This document shows positions 7,479 to 17,399 of a stretch of DNA of 44,437 nucleotides, piece by piece; the stretch's first letter is position 1, and each line of letters starts with the position of its first letter. Source of the DNA: an uncultured Rickettsiales bacterium (GTDB lineage Bacteria; Pseudomonadota; Alphaproteobacteria; Rickettsiales; UBA1997); assembly GCA_944391005.1 (NCBI GenBank), contig CALXSB010000015.1:1-44437 (forward strand), in the 5' to 3' direction. A model generated the notes under the pieces. That model saw only the letters and a list, made by a program, of their open reading frames with translations. It was not told where the DNA came from and ran no database searches. Both the position numbers and the translations under genes were made by a program.

Positions 7479-9791
7479 ATGGTTTATATTGAAAAAGTTA
7501 TGCTAAATAGAAAGAGACGAGTTTTAATTTCATGCTATTCTGAGTCATCAAGAGAAAGATTAAGGACGCTTTTGCTAGAATATGGACTTAGTTCTGCTTT
7601 TGTTAAAGATTTTAATGAGTTAAAGGGACTTAATGACGGGCAGATAGGGCTTGCGAGACTCGCTATAAAACATGGTTTTGAATGCAGTGATTTAGTGGTT
7701 ATAACTGAACAGGATTTATTTGGTGAAAAAATTATAAAGACATCCAATGATAGTGGAAAAACTCTTGAAAAAATATTAAGGGAGCAAAGCAATTTAAATA
7801 TTGGAGATTTAATTATCCATAAGGATTATGGGCTGGGCAGGTTTACGGGCTTGGAGACTATAGGTTTAGGCGATGTAAAGAATGATTATTTAAGAATTGA
7901 ATATGCTGGCAAAACTAATCTTTTTATTCCAATAGAAGATTTTGATTTAATTACCAGATATGGCGATTATAATGAGGATGTTGAACTTGACAGATTAGGT
8001 TCTGAAAGATGGGTTATAAAGAAGAATAAAGTTAAAGAAAAACTTGAGGTAATAGCTAAGGACTTAATTAAAATTGCATCTCTTAGAAAAATATCAAAAG
8101 CACCGATTCTTGTGCCCAATGAAAATGAATATAAGGAGTTCTGTGCAAGGTTTGAATATACGGAAACTGATGATCAGCTTAGGGCTATAAAGGATATTGA
8201 AAGCGATTTTAAAAAAGGCATACCCGCTGACAGGCTTGTATGCGGTGATGTTGGATTTGGCAAAACTGAAGTGGCGTTGAGGGCTGCGTTTATAGCTGCA
8301 AGCAGTGAAAAAAATGCCGTGCAGGTGGCTTTGGTTGTGCCGACTACTCTTTTATGCAAACAGCATTATTCATTGTTCAAGGAAAGGTTTAAATATACGG
8401 GCTTGAATGTTGCCAGTATTTCAAGGCTTTCCAGTGCCCATGAAAATGCTAAGACTAGGGAAGGCTTGGAGAAAGGAACTGTTGATATTGTAATTGGAAC
8501 CCACGCTTTATTGTCGGATAAAATTAAGTTTAAGAATTTAGGTTTTTTGATAATAGATGAGGAACAGAGATTTGGGGTGAAGCAAAAGGAGAAGTTGAAG
8601 GAAATTAGTGGCGGCATTCATCTTTTAACTCTGTCGGCAACGCCAATTCCACGAACCCTTCAAATGTCAATGACAGGCATTAGGGATTTAAGTTTGATTA
8701 CTACTCCGCCCGTTGATAGGCTTAATATAAATACATATGTAATGGCTTTTGATGAATTGGTTCTAAGGGAGGCTATAAATAGAGAGTTAAACAGGGACGG
8801 CAAAGTTATTGTAGTTGTGCCTAGAATTTCTGATATTCCTCAGATTGAAGCTAAATTGTCCAATGCATTGAAAAATGTAAAATATAATATAGCCCATGGA
8901 CAAATGAGCGGAACTATGCTTGATAATATTATAAATGATTTTTATGACAATAAATTTCAAGTATTAATCGCAACCACTATTGTTGAAAATGGCCTTGATA
9001 TTCCAAAGGCGAATACTATAATAGTATATAGGGCTGACAGGTTCGGTTTGTCCCAATTGCATCAATTAAGGGGCAGGGTAGGGCGAGGCAAAGAAAAGGC
9101 CTATGCCTATCTTACAACTAATCCAACGGACACTATAAGCGAAAATGCAAAAAAGAGATTAAAGTCTATTGAATCAATACAAGAAATTGGCGGCGGTTTT
9201 GCAATTGCCAGTGATGATATGGAAATTAGGGGAAGTGGAAATATAGTTGGTGAAGAACAATCGGGACATATTAGAGAAGTTGGTGTTGAATTGTATAATC
9301 AGATGTTGATTGAAGCCGTAAATAAAATCAAAAGCGATGGTGATTTTAAACTTCAAGAATATGATTTTTCGCCTCAAATAAAGCTAAATGTTTCTACAAC
9401 TATTGATAAAAATTATATTGATGATGTTGTGCTAAGACTGAGCTATTATAAAAGATTGGCTGATGTAAAGGATGAAAAAGAAAGAACGACAATTCTGTTG
9501 GAAATGGAAAATCGTTTTGGAAAAGTTCCGGAAGAAATATACAATCTATTAGAGATTGCAAAATTAAAATCGTTGTGCAAAGAATGCGGTATAAAATTGC
9601 TTGAGTATAGAGAAAATTTTATAGATATTACATTCTATAATGATAAGTTTAGAAATCCTGATTATTTAATCAAACTCATTAAAGATGGAAAAGCAAAAAT
9701 GTTCAAACAAAATGTGCTGAGCTTTCCTGCGGCTAAAAATAATTTGTTTGAGAATATAGAAGATATATTGTGGAATTTAAAAAATGCTTAG
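7479..9791 (+). CDS. mfd: Transcription-repair coupling factor lacking most of the N-terminal UvrB-homology module
   Basis: RID (GDLIIHKDYGLGRF), CGDVGFGKTEVA, DEEQRFG, SATPIPRT, QLRGRVGR, TRG (DMEIRGSGN) and D7 (RL..YKRLA) are present. Only 770 aa, starting at the RVLISC.S..RERL segment. Confidence 0.92.
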   Translation: MVYIEKVMLNRKRRVLISCYSESSRERLRTLLLEYGLSSAFVKDFNELKGLNDGQIGLARLAIKHGFECSDLVVITEQDLFGEKIIKTSNDSGKTLEKILREQSNLNIGDLIIHKDYGLGRFTGLETIGLGDVKNDYLRIEYAGKTNLFIPIEDFDLITRYGDYNEDVELDRLGSERWVIKKNKVKEKLEVIAKDLIKIASLRKISKAPILVPNENEYKEFCARFEYTETDDQLRAIKDIESDFKKGIPADRLVCGDVGFGKTEVALRAAFIAASSEKNAVQVALVVPTTLLCKQHYSLFKERFKYTGLNVASISRLSSAHENAKTREGLEKGTVDIVIGTHALLSDKIKFKNLGFLIIDEEQRFGVKQKEKLKEISGGIHLLTLSATPIPRTLQMSMTGIRDLSLITTPPVDRLNINTYVMAFDELVLREAINRELNRDGKVIVVVPRISDIPQIEAKLSNALKNVKYNIAHGQMSGTMLDNIINDFYDNKFQVLIATTIVENGLDIPKANTIIVYRADRFGLSQLHQLRGRVGRGKEKAYAYLTTNPTDTISENAKKRLKSIESIQEIGGGFAIASDDMEIRGSGNIVGEEQSGHIREVGVELYNQMLIEAVNKIKSDGDFKLQEYDFSPQIKLNVSTTIDKNYIDDVVLRLSYYKRLADVKDEKERTTILLEMENRFGKVPEEIYNLLEIAKLKSLCKECGIKLLEYRENFIDITFYNDKFRNPDYLIKLIKDGKAKMFKQNVLSFPAAKNNLFENIEDILWNLKNA

Positions 9792-9876
9792 ATATTATAT
9801 TGAACTTATAAATTATGTATTTTCTATTGACAATATAAAATAAATGTTGGACTATTTTACAGTATAATATTTTTTT

Positions 9877-10467
9877 GTGTTTATGTGGTATATTTTTAGA
9901 CATGGTGAAACTTTGCACAATAAAAATAAAATAAGGCAGGGCAGGTGTTCATCAATGTTGTCTTTAAAAGGTGTTGATCAGGCAAAATCCTATGGCTATA
10001 GGCTATTGGAACAAAAGGAAGATTTAAATAAATTTAAGGTTTTATCAAGTCCAATGGTTAGAACAAAAGAAACGGCACAAATCATATGTGAAATAACTGG
10101 GCTTGATGCATATGAAAAAATAAAAGAAGAAGAATTGCTTAATGAATCTGACCTAGGCGTTTTTACCAATATACCATTTAAAGTGGTTCAAGAAAAATAT
10201 GATAAAAGTTTATATGAAATTAATGACATATGGAGTTATAGATATCCTGAAGGTGAATCATTTGATGATGTATATGAACGAATATTAAAATTTATAGATA
10301 AATACAAAAATGAAAAGGATCTGTTGATTATTACTCATGGATGTTGTTTTGCTTTTTTTAAGTCCATTCTATCTAAGCAAAGCAAAGAAAGTTTAACTAA
10401 AGAAGTACTGAGACCTAGTCAAAACTATTTTATAAAATATGATGGCAAAAAATTAGAATTAATTTAA
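9877..10467 (+). CDS. Histidine phosphatase (phosphoglycerate mutase superfamily); start may be ATG 9883
   Basis: RHGE, SSPM.RT.ET, LNE, PEGES and ITHG motifs intact. Confidence 0.9.
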   Translation: MFMWYIFRHGETLHNKNKIRQGRCSSMLSLKGVDQAKSYGYRLLEQKEDLNKFKVLSSPMVRTKETAQIICEITGLDAYEKIKEEELLNESDLGVFTNIPFKVVQEKYDKSLYEINDIWSYRYPEGESFDDVYERILKFIDKYKNEKDLLIITHGCCFAFFKSILSKQSKESLTKEVLRPSQNYFIKYDGKKLELI

Positions 10468-11433
10468 TTCTGTGGTTTTTTGACTGATGGTTAAAAGTTC
10501 TTTTATACGTTGTTTTTCTAACATTTTTGTAAAATATGATAATTCTTTTTGAAAATTATCATAGGTCGTTGGTATTTTTTCCTTTGGGTTTATTTCGCCT
10601 TCTTTTGCAGAATCTTGGGCTTTTAAAACTTGTGATACCCTAAACTTTTGCTGTATTGTTCTTATGGTATTTACTGTTTTAGGCAATAATTTTTGTGGCT
10701 TTTCGTATTCTGTTTTTGGTGGCAGTATTAATTGATCTGCGTGATCTTCAGTCAAAATCATTTCTCTAGTTATAACTTTAATGTTTTTGGATGGTATATC
10801 AGAAAATTCAATAAATTGATTATTGGCTTGAAGTATTACTTTTCTTATGGTTTCGTATGATTTAATGAAGCTTTCCTTTTCTACATTTCTAATAACATCG
10901 CCACGGTTTTTCATTTCTAACATTCTATAGTTTACTGATATCCAGCTGTCTATGGGGTTGACATCTAAAACATTTATTTCTATTGAAAATCCATTTTCCT
11001 TTGCCTGTTTTATAGTTGTATTTACTGAGTTTTTATTTAAGAATGTATTTTCTAGTAAAAAATTTATTTTTTCATCTAAACATTTAGCTATCAACAGTTG
11101 AATTAATAAATTTTTAAAATATCTTGTTTTAAGTTCATAGTTTTTTGGATCTTTCATAAAATCGTTGTGTTTTGGATGAAATTTTCTGTAATCATCTCCA
11201 TTTATGAGAATCATATTTTCCTTTTTTTTAATATATTCTCTTAGGGACGTCTTTCCTGAGCCGGGCTGTCCTATTGCGTATATTAATTTTGGCTTATTTG
11301 ATGGTGTTTTTAAACTATTGTCTAAATCATTCCACAATTTTTCAAATGATTTTAGAACATCGTCAAAATTTTCAACCTCAGCTGCTTTTTTATCGCAGCT
11401 TTCTTTTAGCTCACTTATTTTTGTCTCTAACAT
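10459..11433 (-). CDS. Zeta-toxin-family P-loop kinase with N- and C-terminal extensions
   Basis: GQPGSGKT, INGDDYRKFHP, NFLLENT, S....YR.......R.V. Confidence 0.8.
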   Translation of the reverse strand: MLETKISELKESCDKKAAEVENFDDVLKSFEKLWNDLDNSLKTPSNKPKLIYAIGQPGSGKTSLREYIKKKENMILINGDDYRKFHPKHNDFMKDPKNYELKTRYFKNLLIQLLIAKCLDEKINFLLENTFLNKNSVNTTIKQAKENGFSIEINVLDVNPIDSWISVNYRMLEMKNRGDVIRNVEKESFIKSYETIRKVILQANNQFIEFSDIPSKNIKVITREMILTEDHADQLILPPKTEYEKPQKLLPKTVNTIRTIQQKFRVSQVLKAQDSAKEGEINPKEKIPTTYDNFQKELSYFTKMLEKQRIKELLTISQKTTELN

Positions 11434-11458
11434 ATTATACCACTTTTTATGCTAAAAA

Positions 11459-11480
11459 AAGGAATTATTTCTAATTCCTT
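11459..11480 (-). terminator. Probable terminator after kdsA
   Basis: aaggaatta-tttc-taattcctt hairpin followed by a T-run on the minus strand. Confidence 0.6.
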
Positions 11481-11486
11481 CATAAA

Positions 11487-12386
11487 TTATTTTATTTGAT
11501 CTATCGGCTTTCCATTTTGATCCCAACCTTCAAATATTGATTGGTTGGCTTTGCAAACACTATCAATTTCTTGCCATTGTTTTAACAGTTCTTCCATATA
11601 CATTAATGGAATCATATTATGAATATCAGAACCGCCGTTTAAAGGTTCCGGATGGGTTTCAATAAATAATCCGCCAACCATGCCGCTTGACAATGCTGCT
11701 CTTGCCATAAATGGTGCTAATTCTGCTTGTCCGCCAGATGATGAACCCATAGCTGCCGGCTTCTGAACTGAGTGGGTTGCATCCATTATTACAGGATAAC
11801 CGGTTTGTGCCATTATAACAAAACTTCGCGGATCAACAATTAAATCTCCATAGCCAAAAGATGTTCCTCTTTCTGTTAAACATATATTGGTGTTTCCAGC
11901 CTCTTCAAATTTTCCTATAATATTTTGCATTTCTGCAGGCGCCTGAAATTGTCCTTTCTTTAAATTGCATGCTTTTCCAGTCTTTGCCATAGCTACAGAT
12001 AAATCTGTTTGCCTTATCAAAAATGCTGGCTGTTGAAGCATATCAACGTGTGGTGCTACTAACGCCGGTTGTTCATTTGTATGAACATCTGTCAATACCG
12101 GAACTTTGAAGGTTTTTCTGAGCTCATCAAAAATTTTCATACCTTCCTCAATGCCAATGCCTCTTTTGCCATTTATTGAATTTCTATTTGCTTTGTCAAA
12201 AGATGCTTTAAAGATGTAGTTAATCTTTAATTTTTCTGTGATTTTTACTAATTTTTCACAGATTTTCATTGCTAAATCCCTTGATTGCAATTGGCATGGA
12301 CCAGCCATTAGTGTGAAAGGCAAGTCGTTTCCTATTGTTATTTCTTTGACTTCTCCACCACCAACCTTGATATGTTTAAAGATCAT
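11487..12386 (-). CDS. kdsA: KDO-8-phosphate synthase
   Basis: AGPC, FKASFDKANR, LTDVH, PAFL.RQTDL, KKGQF, TERG.SFGY, DATHSVQ.P. Confidence 0.96.
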   Translation of the reverse strand: MIFKHIKVGGGEVKEITIGNDLPFTLMAGPCQLQSRDLAMKICEKLVKITEKLKINYIFKASFDKANRNSINGKRGIGIEEGMKIFDELRKTFKVPVLTDVHTNEQPALVAPHVDMLQQPAFLIRQTDLSVAMAKTGKACNLKKGQFQAPAEMQNIIGKFEEAGNTNICLTERGTSFGYGDLIVDPRSFVIMAQTGYPVIMDATHSVQKPAAMGSSSGGQAELAPFMARAALSSGMVGGLFIETHPEPLNGGSDIHNMIPLMYMEELLKQWQEIDSVCKANQSIFEGWDQNGKPIDQIK

Positions 12387-12462
12387 ATATTTTTTAATTT
12401 ATTTTTATTGTTTATATTATTATATAATTATTTTAAAAAGTCAAATTTAGATGTTTTAGTGA

Positions 12463-14484
12463 TTAGTTTATTAGTATATTATATTCCCTATCAAAAATTT
12501 TATATTTATTATTTAATTTTATAAAATTATTCAAATAGTCCTTATTTTTAAATATATAATCAACATTGTTTATAAAATGAATACAATTGTTTTTATTTTG
12601 TTTATTTTCGCAAAAATCTTTTAGTGTGCTATGATATGTTTGCCCAAATTTTTTCTCTATTATTGACATTTTATATTTATTTTTATTTGATGAACTATAT
12701 AACTTTTTATCATCTGAAATTAGTATTATAAATTTGTCATCTTTATCTATTATCACATCAGGCATCTCTTTAAATAATGATGTAATTATTCCAATTATAA
12801 ATAATAATATACCAAAATATCTCCATTTTTCTTCCCATAATGCAAACCATAAAAATCCAAAAATCATTAATACTATACTTGCTATTGGTGGAGATGATAC
12901 TATTTGAACGCTGTATGGAAGACTAACTATATGTTCTGATAGTTTTAAAATAATACTTAATGAATAGGAAGCGGGTAAAAGTAAATATTTTTCTAGATTA
13001 AAAGGGAATAATAATATTGAAAATGTTGCAAATGGCAATGTTATGAAACCGCTTAGTGGAATAGCTATCATGTTTGTTATTAAGTTATATGGCGTGTAAT
13101 TATTAAAAGAGAATATTAATATTGGTAAAACTGCAATTTCTGCAAATACTGACGACATAAGAATTGCAAACAAATAATAAAATGGTTTTAATAATTTATT
13201 TGTTGTAAAAGTGTTTATTCCATGTTCCTTAAGAAATTTAAAGCCAGCTATTAAGCTTATTACAGCAAGAAATGAAAGTTGAAATCCAGCATCAAATATT
13301 AAATTGGGTTCGTTGAATAATATGAGTATGGCAGCTAGAGCTAAAAATCTCATTGTATCTCCTTCTCTATCAAGTATTATTCCAATAAAAAATAAAACCG
13401 ACATCAAATACGCTCTATTAGCAGATACGGGGAATCCGGTTATACTCAAATATAAAAATCCAAAAATTATCGCAAAAATTGCGGCAAACTTTTTTGTGTC
13501 AAATTTTAATGCTATATACTCTGATTGAACCAATATTCTTCTTATTACTATAAATACTAACCCCATAACAATTGCCATATTCAAACCGGATATTGCTATT
13601 ATATGGGCTAGTCCAGCATTTGTCATTGTGTTATAGTCTGTTTCCCTAATTCTCCCCCTTATGCCAGTTATAAATGATCCCAATAGCGTGCCATTTTCTT
13701 TGCCAACTATGTCAATTATTCTGTTATTAATAGCTTCTCTTGTATTGTAAGCTTTATTTATCAGTTTTGACATTAAACTTTTTTCTTCGGGATGATGGTG
13801 TTTAAAAACATAACCGTTATAGCCAATACCACCTATTTGTTCATAATAAAAAACACGATTTATATTGTAGGAGCCCGGAAATGCTTGTTTAGGAATTGGT
13901 ATTAGATTTGCACCAACTTCTACATAATCGCCAAACTTCGGCTGATATTTTTTGTTGTTTATATTTATTCTTATATATTTCGGTGGGTTATGCATTAAAC
14001 CATCTTTTGTATAGTAGGATGTATATTTATTTCTTTCTCTTTCATCTTTTTCTAATTCTTTAACTTTTTCTATTTTATCAACCTTTACCAGTATTCTTTT
14101 TCTTTCTCTAAAATTCCTCTGATAATAGGTAAAATCTTCAATAGTCCCATAAACTTTTGCATAGCCCATTCTATATTTTATTGTTGGGCTTCTTAAATTA
14201 TTTGTATATACGGCGGTCCTTATATAACCGATCAAAAATGTTATAATAACAGATAGCAATAATAATAATTTCTTATTTTTGTAGAATAATATAGCAATTA
14301 TGCATAAAATAATTATTAAAGAGTATAATGCTATAGAATTAAAGTATTCAAATCTAAAATAGGATAATATGCCAAGTCCAAATATAATTGGATACCATAA
14401 AATCCAATTATGATAGTCGCCATAGAAACTATCATCTATAAAATTGTTTATCTTTTCTAATATGCCTCTTATCTTTTTGAACAT
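12463..14484 (-). CDS. comEC: ComEC/Rec2 DNA uptake channel (no metallo-beta-lactamase domain)
   Basis: GLAHIIAISGLN, RA.LM, GFQLSF.AV, N..AIPL; many transmembrane helices. Confidence 0.9.
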   Translation of the reverse strand: MFKKIRGILEKINNFIDDSFYGDYHNWILWYPIIFGLGILSYFRFEYFNSIALYSLIIILCIIAILFYKNKKLLLLLSVIITFLIGYIRTAVYTNNLRSPTIKYRMGYAKVYGTIEDFTYYQRNFRERKRILVKVDKIEKVKELEKDERERNKYTSYYTKDGLMHNPPKYIRININNKKYQPKFGDYVEVGANLIPIPKQAFPGSYNINRVFYYEQIGGIGYNGYVFKHHHPEEKSLMSKLINKAYNTREAINNRIIDIVGKENGTLLGSFITGIRGRIRETDYNTMTNAGLAHIIAISGLNMAIVMGLVFIVIRRILVQSEYIALKFDTKKFAAIFAIIFGFLYLSITGFPVSANRAYLMSVLFFIGIILDREGDTMRFLALAAILILFNEPNLIFDAGFQLSFLAVISLIAGFKFLKEHGINTFTTNKLLKPFYYLFAILMSSVFAEIAVLPILIFSFNNYTPYNLITNMIAIPLSGFITLPFATFSILLFPFNLEKYLLLPASYSLSIILKLSEHIVSLPYSVQIVSSPPIASIVLMIFGFLWFALWEEKWRYFGILLFIIGIITSLFKEMPDVIIDKDDKFIILISDDKKLYSSSNKNKYKMSIIEKKFGQTYHSTLKDFCENKQNKNNCIHFINNVDYIFKNKDYLNNFIKLNNKYKIFDREYNILIN

Positions 14485-14637
14485 TTTAATTTTTAAAATT
14501 CAAATAAATTATAAAGGAAAAAATATAAAAATAAATAAATTTATTATTACAAAAATAATTTTGATATTTTTTTATTGACACTTTTAATAAATACTTTAAA
14601 TTATAGATAGTTAAAAGAAGTTTAATAATCAAAAAAT

Positions 14638-15186
14638 ATGGAAGTTATATATAGTAAAGCACAGGAAAATATGGAAAAGGCTATTCAAGCTTTAAAAAAA
14701 GATTTAAATAGCGTATCTACAGGAAGAGCTACACCAAATTTATTGGATACAGTTAGGGTTGAAGCTTATGGAAATTTAGTTCCTTTAAATCAGATTGCTA
14801 ATGTTTCGGTGCCTGATTCTTCAAGTATTACAATACAGCCATGGGACAAATCTATGGTTAATCCTATAGACAAAGCAATCACGGCAGCCAATTTAGGTTT
14901 CTCTCCAAAAGTTGAAGGAATGATGATCAGAATTAATGTCCCTAAGCTTACAGAAGATAGAAGAAAAGAACTTGTTAAATTGGTTAAAAAATATGGTGAA
15001 GATAAGAAAGTTTCTGTTAGAAATGATAGAAGGGATGCTTTAGATGAAGTAAAGAAGAAAAAGAATGAATTTTCTGAAGATGAATTAAAAAGATTTAATG
15101 ATAAAGTTCAAACTTTAACAGATGATTTTGTTAAAAAAATTGATAGTTTAGTTTCTGAGAAAGAAAGCGAAATATTAAAAATATAA
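14638..15186 (+). CDS. frr: Ribosome recycling factor
   Basis: TGRA.P.LLD, IQPWD, P.LTEDRRKELVK, VRN.RRDA. Confidence 0.97.
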   Translation: MEVIYSKAQENMEKAIQALKKDLNSVSTGRATPNLLDTVRVEAYGNLVPLNQIANVSVPDSSSITIQPWDKSMVNPIDKAITAANLGFSPKVEGMMIRINVPKLTEDRRKELVKLVKKYGEDKKVSVRNDRRDALDEVKKKKNEFSEDELKRFNDKVQTLTDDFVKKIDSLVSEKESEILKI

Positions 15187-15192
15187 TTAAAT

Positions 15193-15912
15193 ATGAATGA
15201 AAAATTAAGAGATTTAGAACATTTAGCTATTATTATGGATGGTAATAGAAGATGGGCTAAATCTCTTGGTAAAAGTGTAAAAGATGGGCATAAAGCTGGT
15301 GCTGATAAATTAAGTGAAGTTATAGATTGGTGTATAGAATTTAATATAAAATATTTAACAGTTTACGCCTTTTCTGTTGAAAATTGGAAAAGAGATGAGA
15401 AAGAAATTAATGATATAATGTCTCTATTAAGAAAATATTTATTTTCCAAGGAAGATGATTTTAAATCTAAAAATATCAAAATAAAAACTATTGGATCAAA
15501 AGATAATATTGACAGTGATATTGTAAAACAAATTTCAAAAATAGAGGAAAGAACAAAAAATAATACTTCTATACAAGTTAATATTGCATTTAATTATAGT
15601 GGAAGACAAGAAATAGTAAATATAACAAAAAATATTTCAAAATTAATTAGTAATGGCGACATCAAAGTAAATGATATAGATGAAAAACTAATAAGCAACA
15701 ACCTATACTATGGCGGTATTCCAGATCCTGATTTAGTTATAAGAACCGGAGGAGAGTTAAGAGTAAGCAATTTTCTATTGTGGGAAATAGCATATTCTGA
15801 ATTTTATTTCACTGATGTTTTTTGGCCTGATTTCAGCAAAGAACTTCTGAGTGATATTATTAATAATTTTAAAAAGAGGGAAAGAAGATATGGCGGAACA
15901 ATTAGAAAATAA
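15193..15912 (+). CDS. uppS: Undecaprenyl diphosphate synthase
   Basis: HLAIIMDGNRRWA, YAFS.ENW.R, PDPDL.IRTGGE.R.SNFLLW. Confidence 0.97.
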   Translation: MNEKLRDLEHLAIIMDGNRRWAKSLGKSVKDGHKAGADKLSEVIDWCIEFNIKYLTVYAFSVENWKRDEKEINDIMSLLRKYLFSKEDDFKSKNIKIKTIGSKDNIDSDIVKQISKIEERTKNNTSIQVNIAFNYSGRQEIVNITKNISKLISNGDIKVNDIDEKLISNNLYYGGIPDPDLVIRTGGELRVSNFLLWEIAYSEFYFTDVFWPDFSKELLSDIINNFKKRERRYGGTIRK

Positions 15913-16636
15913 AAAAGAAGAAATAAAAAAGGAAATAAAAAGCGGGGCAAATAAGATTGGTGATATATTTAAGAAGTTTTTGAATATGTTGCCAGATTAT
16001 TTAAAAACAAGATTTATTTCAGCTATAATTTTAATACCTATAGCTATACTTATAATATATAGTCCTCTTGTTATATTTGCTGGTTTTGTAATAGCTACTG
16101 CTGTATTAATGGCGTTTGAGTGGATTACGATAGTAAAAACAGAGGAAGAAACCAATATGTGGAGAATGCTTGGCTTAATTTATATATTATTGCCAACTGT
16201 TTCCTTAATATATATAAAAACAGCAAATAATGGTTCCGATATTGTTTTATGGACATTTTTAATAGTTTGGGCAACTGATGTTGCTGGTTTGATTGTTGGC
16301 AGATCAATAGGTGGTCCTAAATTGGCTCCAACTGTTAGTCCTAATAAAACTTGGTCTGGTCTTATAGGCGGTATTTTAGCTAGTATGTTTGTAGCTTTAC
16401 TAAGCTCTGTAATTTTTACAGAAAGTGCCTCTTTCTTTATAATTTTTGGCGGCTTATTGGCTATAATTGAACAGGCTGGAGATTTAATAGAATCAAAATT
16501 TAAAAGAATATTTGGAGTAAAAGACAGTGGAAATTTGATTCCTGGACACGGTGGTGTGATGGATAGATTAGATGGATTAACTTTAGTAGCACCTATTGTT
16601 GCTTTAGTTGTTATGTTTAGTAGCAATGTATTTTAA
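15890..16636 (+). CDS. cdsA: Phosphatidate cytidylyltransferase (likely start ATG 15890)
   Basis: VWATD, SPNKTW.G, GDL.ES.FKR..GVKDSG.LIPGHGG.MDR.D. Confidence 0.95.
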   Translation: MAEQLENKKEEIKKEIKSGANKIGDIFKKFLNMLPDYLKTRFISAIILIPIAILIIYSPLVIFAGFVIATAVLMAFEWITIVKTEEETNMWRMLGLIYILLPTVSLIYIKTANNGSDIVLWTFLIVWATDVAGLIVGRSIGGPKLAPTVSPNKTWSGLIGGILASMFVALLSSVIFTESASFFIIFGGLLAIIEQAGDLIESKFKRIFGVKDSGNLIPGHGGVMDRLDGLTLVAPIVALVVMFSSNVF

Positions 16637-16724
16637 TATTGCTATATAAAATTACTAAAAGAGGTATAAGAAAAATATATTTACTTATACTTCTATATAT
16701 TTATAAATAATAAAGAGTGGCATA

Positions 16725-17321
16725 ATGAAAAAAAATAGTGATATTAAGTTTGAAATAGCAAATATTTTAGCAACAGTATTTGGAGTTGGCAATATAAGAT
16801 TTGCACCAGGAACATTTGGAAGTTTAATAACTTTTCCAATATTTTTAGCTATTAATTATTTGCTTTTGATGTTTCAAATTTCTTCCTTGGCTATTTTTTC
16901 GTTAATATATATGATTATTATTGCTTTTTTATTTTATATAGCATATTGGTCTATTAATATTTACATAACAACAAACAAAAAAGATGATCCATCGGAGGTT
17001 GTAATAGATGAAGTTGTTGGTCAGATGATTGCATATATGCTGCCGGTTTTGCTAACATTATATTATTTTACTTTTATATTGAATATTGAATTTTTGGATA
17101 GTATTTTTTCTTTTATAATAAGTTTAATAATTATAATACTGCCATTTGTATTTTTTAGAATATTTGATATTTTAAAACCAGGATTGGTTGGCTATTTTGA
17201 TGAAAATGTTAGCGGTGCCACTGGAATTATTATGGATGATGTTATTGCGGGAATTTATGCTGGATTTATTGTTAGTTTAATATTAACTTTATTTTTTATT
17301 AGTGTTGGATATACCTATTAA
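16725..17321 (+). CDS. pgpA: Phosphatidylglycerophosphatase A
   Basis: APGTFGSL, DPSEVVIDEVVGQ, FFR.FDI.KP, GIIMDDVIAG. Confidence 0.93.
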   Translation: MKKNSDIKFEIANILATVFGVGNIRFAPGTFGSLITFPIFLAINYLLLMFQISSLAIFSLIYMIIIAFLFYIAYWSINIYITTNKKDDPSEVVIDEVVGQMIAYMLPVLLTLYYFTFILNIEFLDSIFSFIISLIIIILPFVFFRIFDILKPGLVGYFDENVSGATGIIMDDVIAGIYAGFIVSLILTLFFISVGYTY

Positions 17322-17399
17322 TATTTCTATTAATAATTCTTGATTTATTTAAATTATTTTTATTAAATAAGGTTAGTAGAATCGGTTTTATTTTTATTT

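Noticed and set aside
8160-8720. Raised GC in mfd as a sign of horizontal transfer
   Set aside because: Spot counts give similar or higher GC in conserved Gly/Ala-rich parts of gatA, so amino-acid composition explains it.
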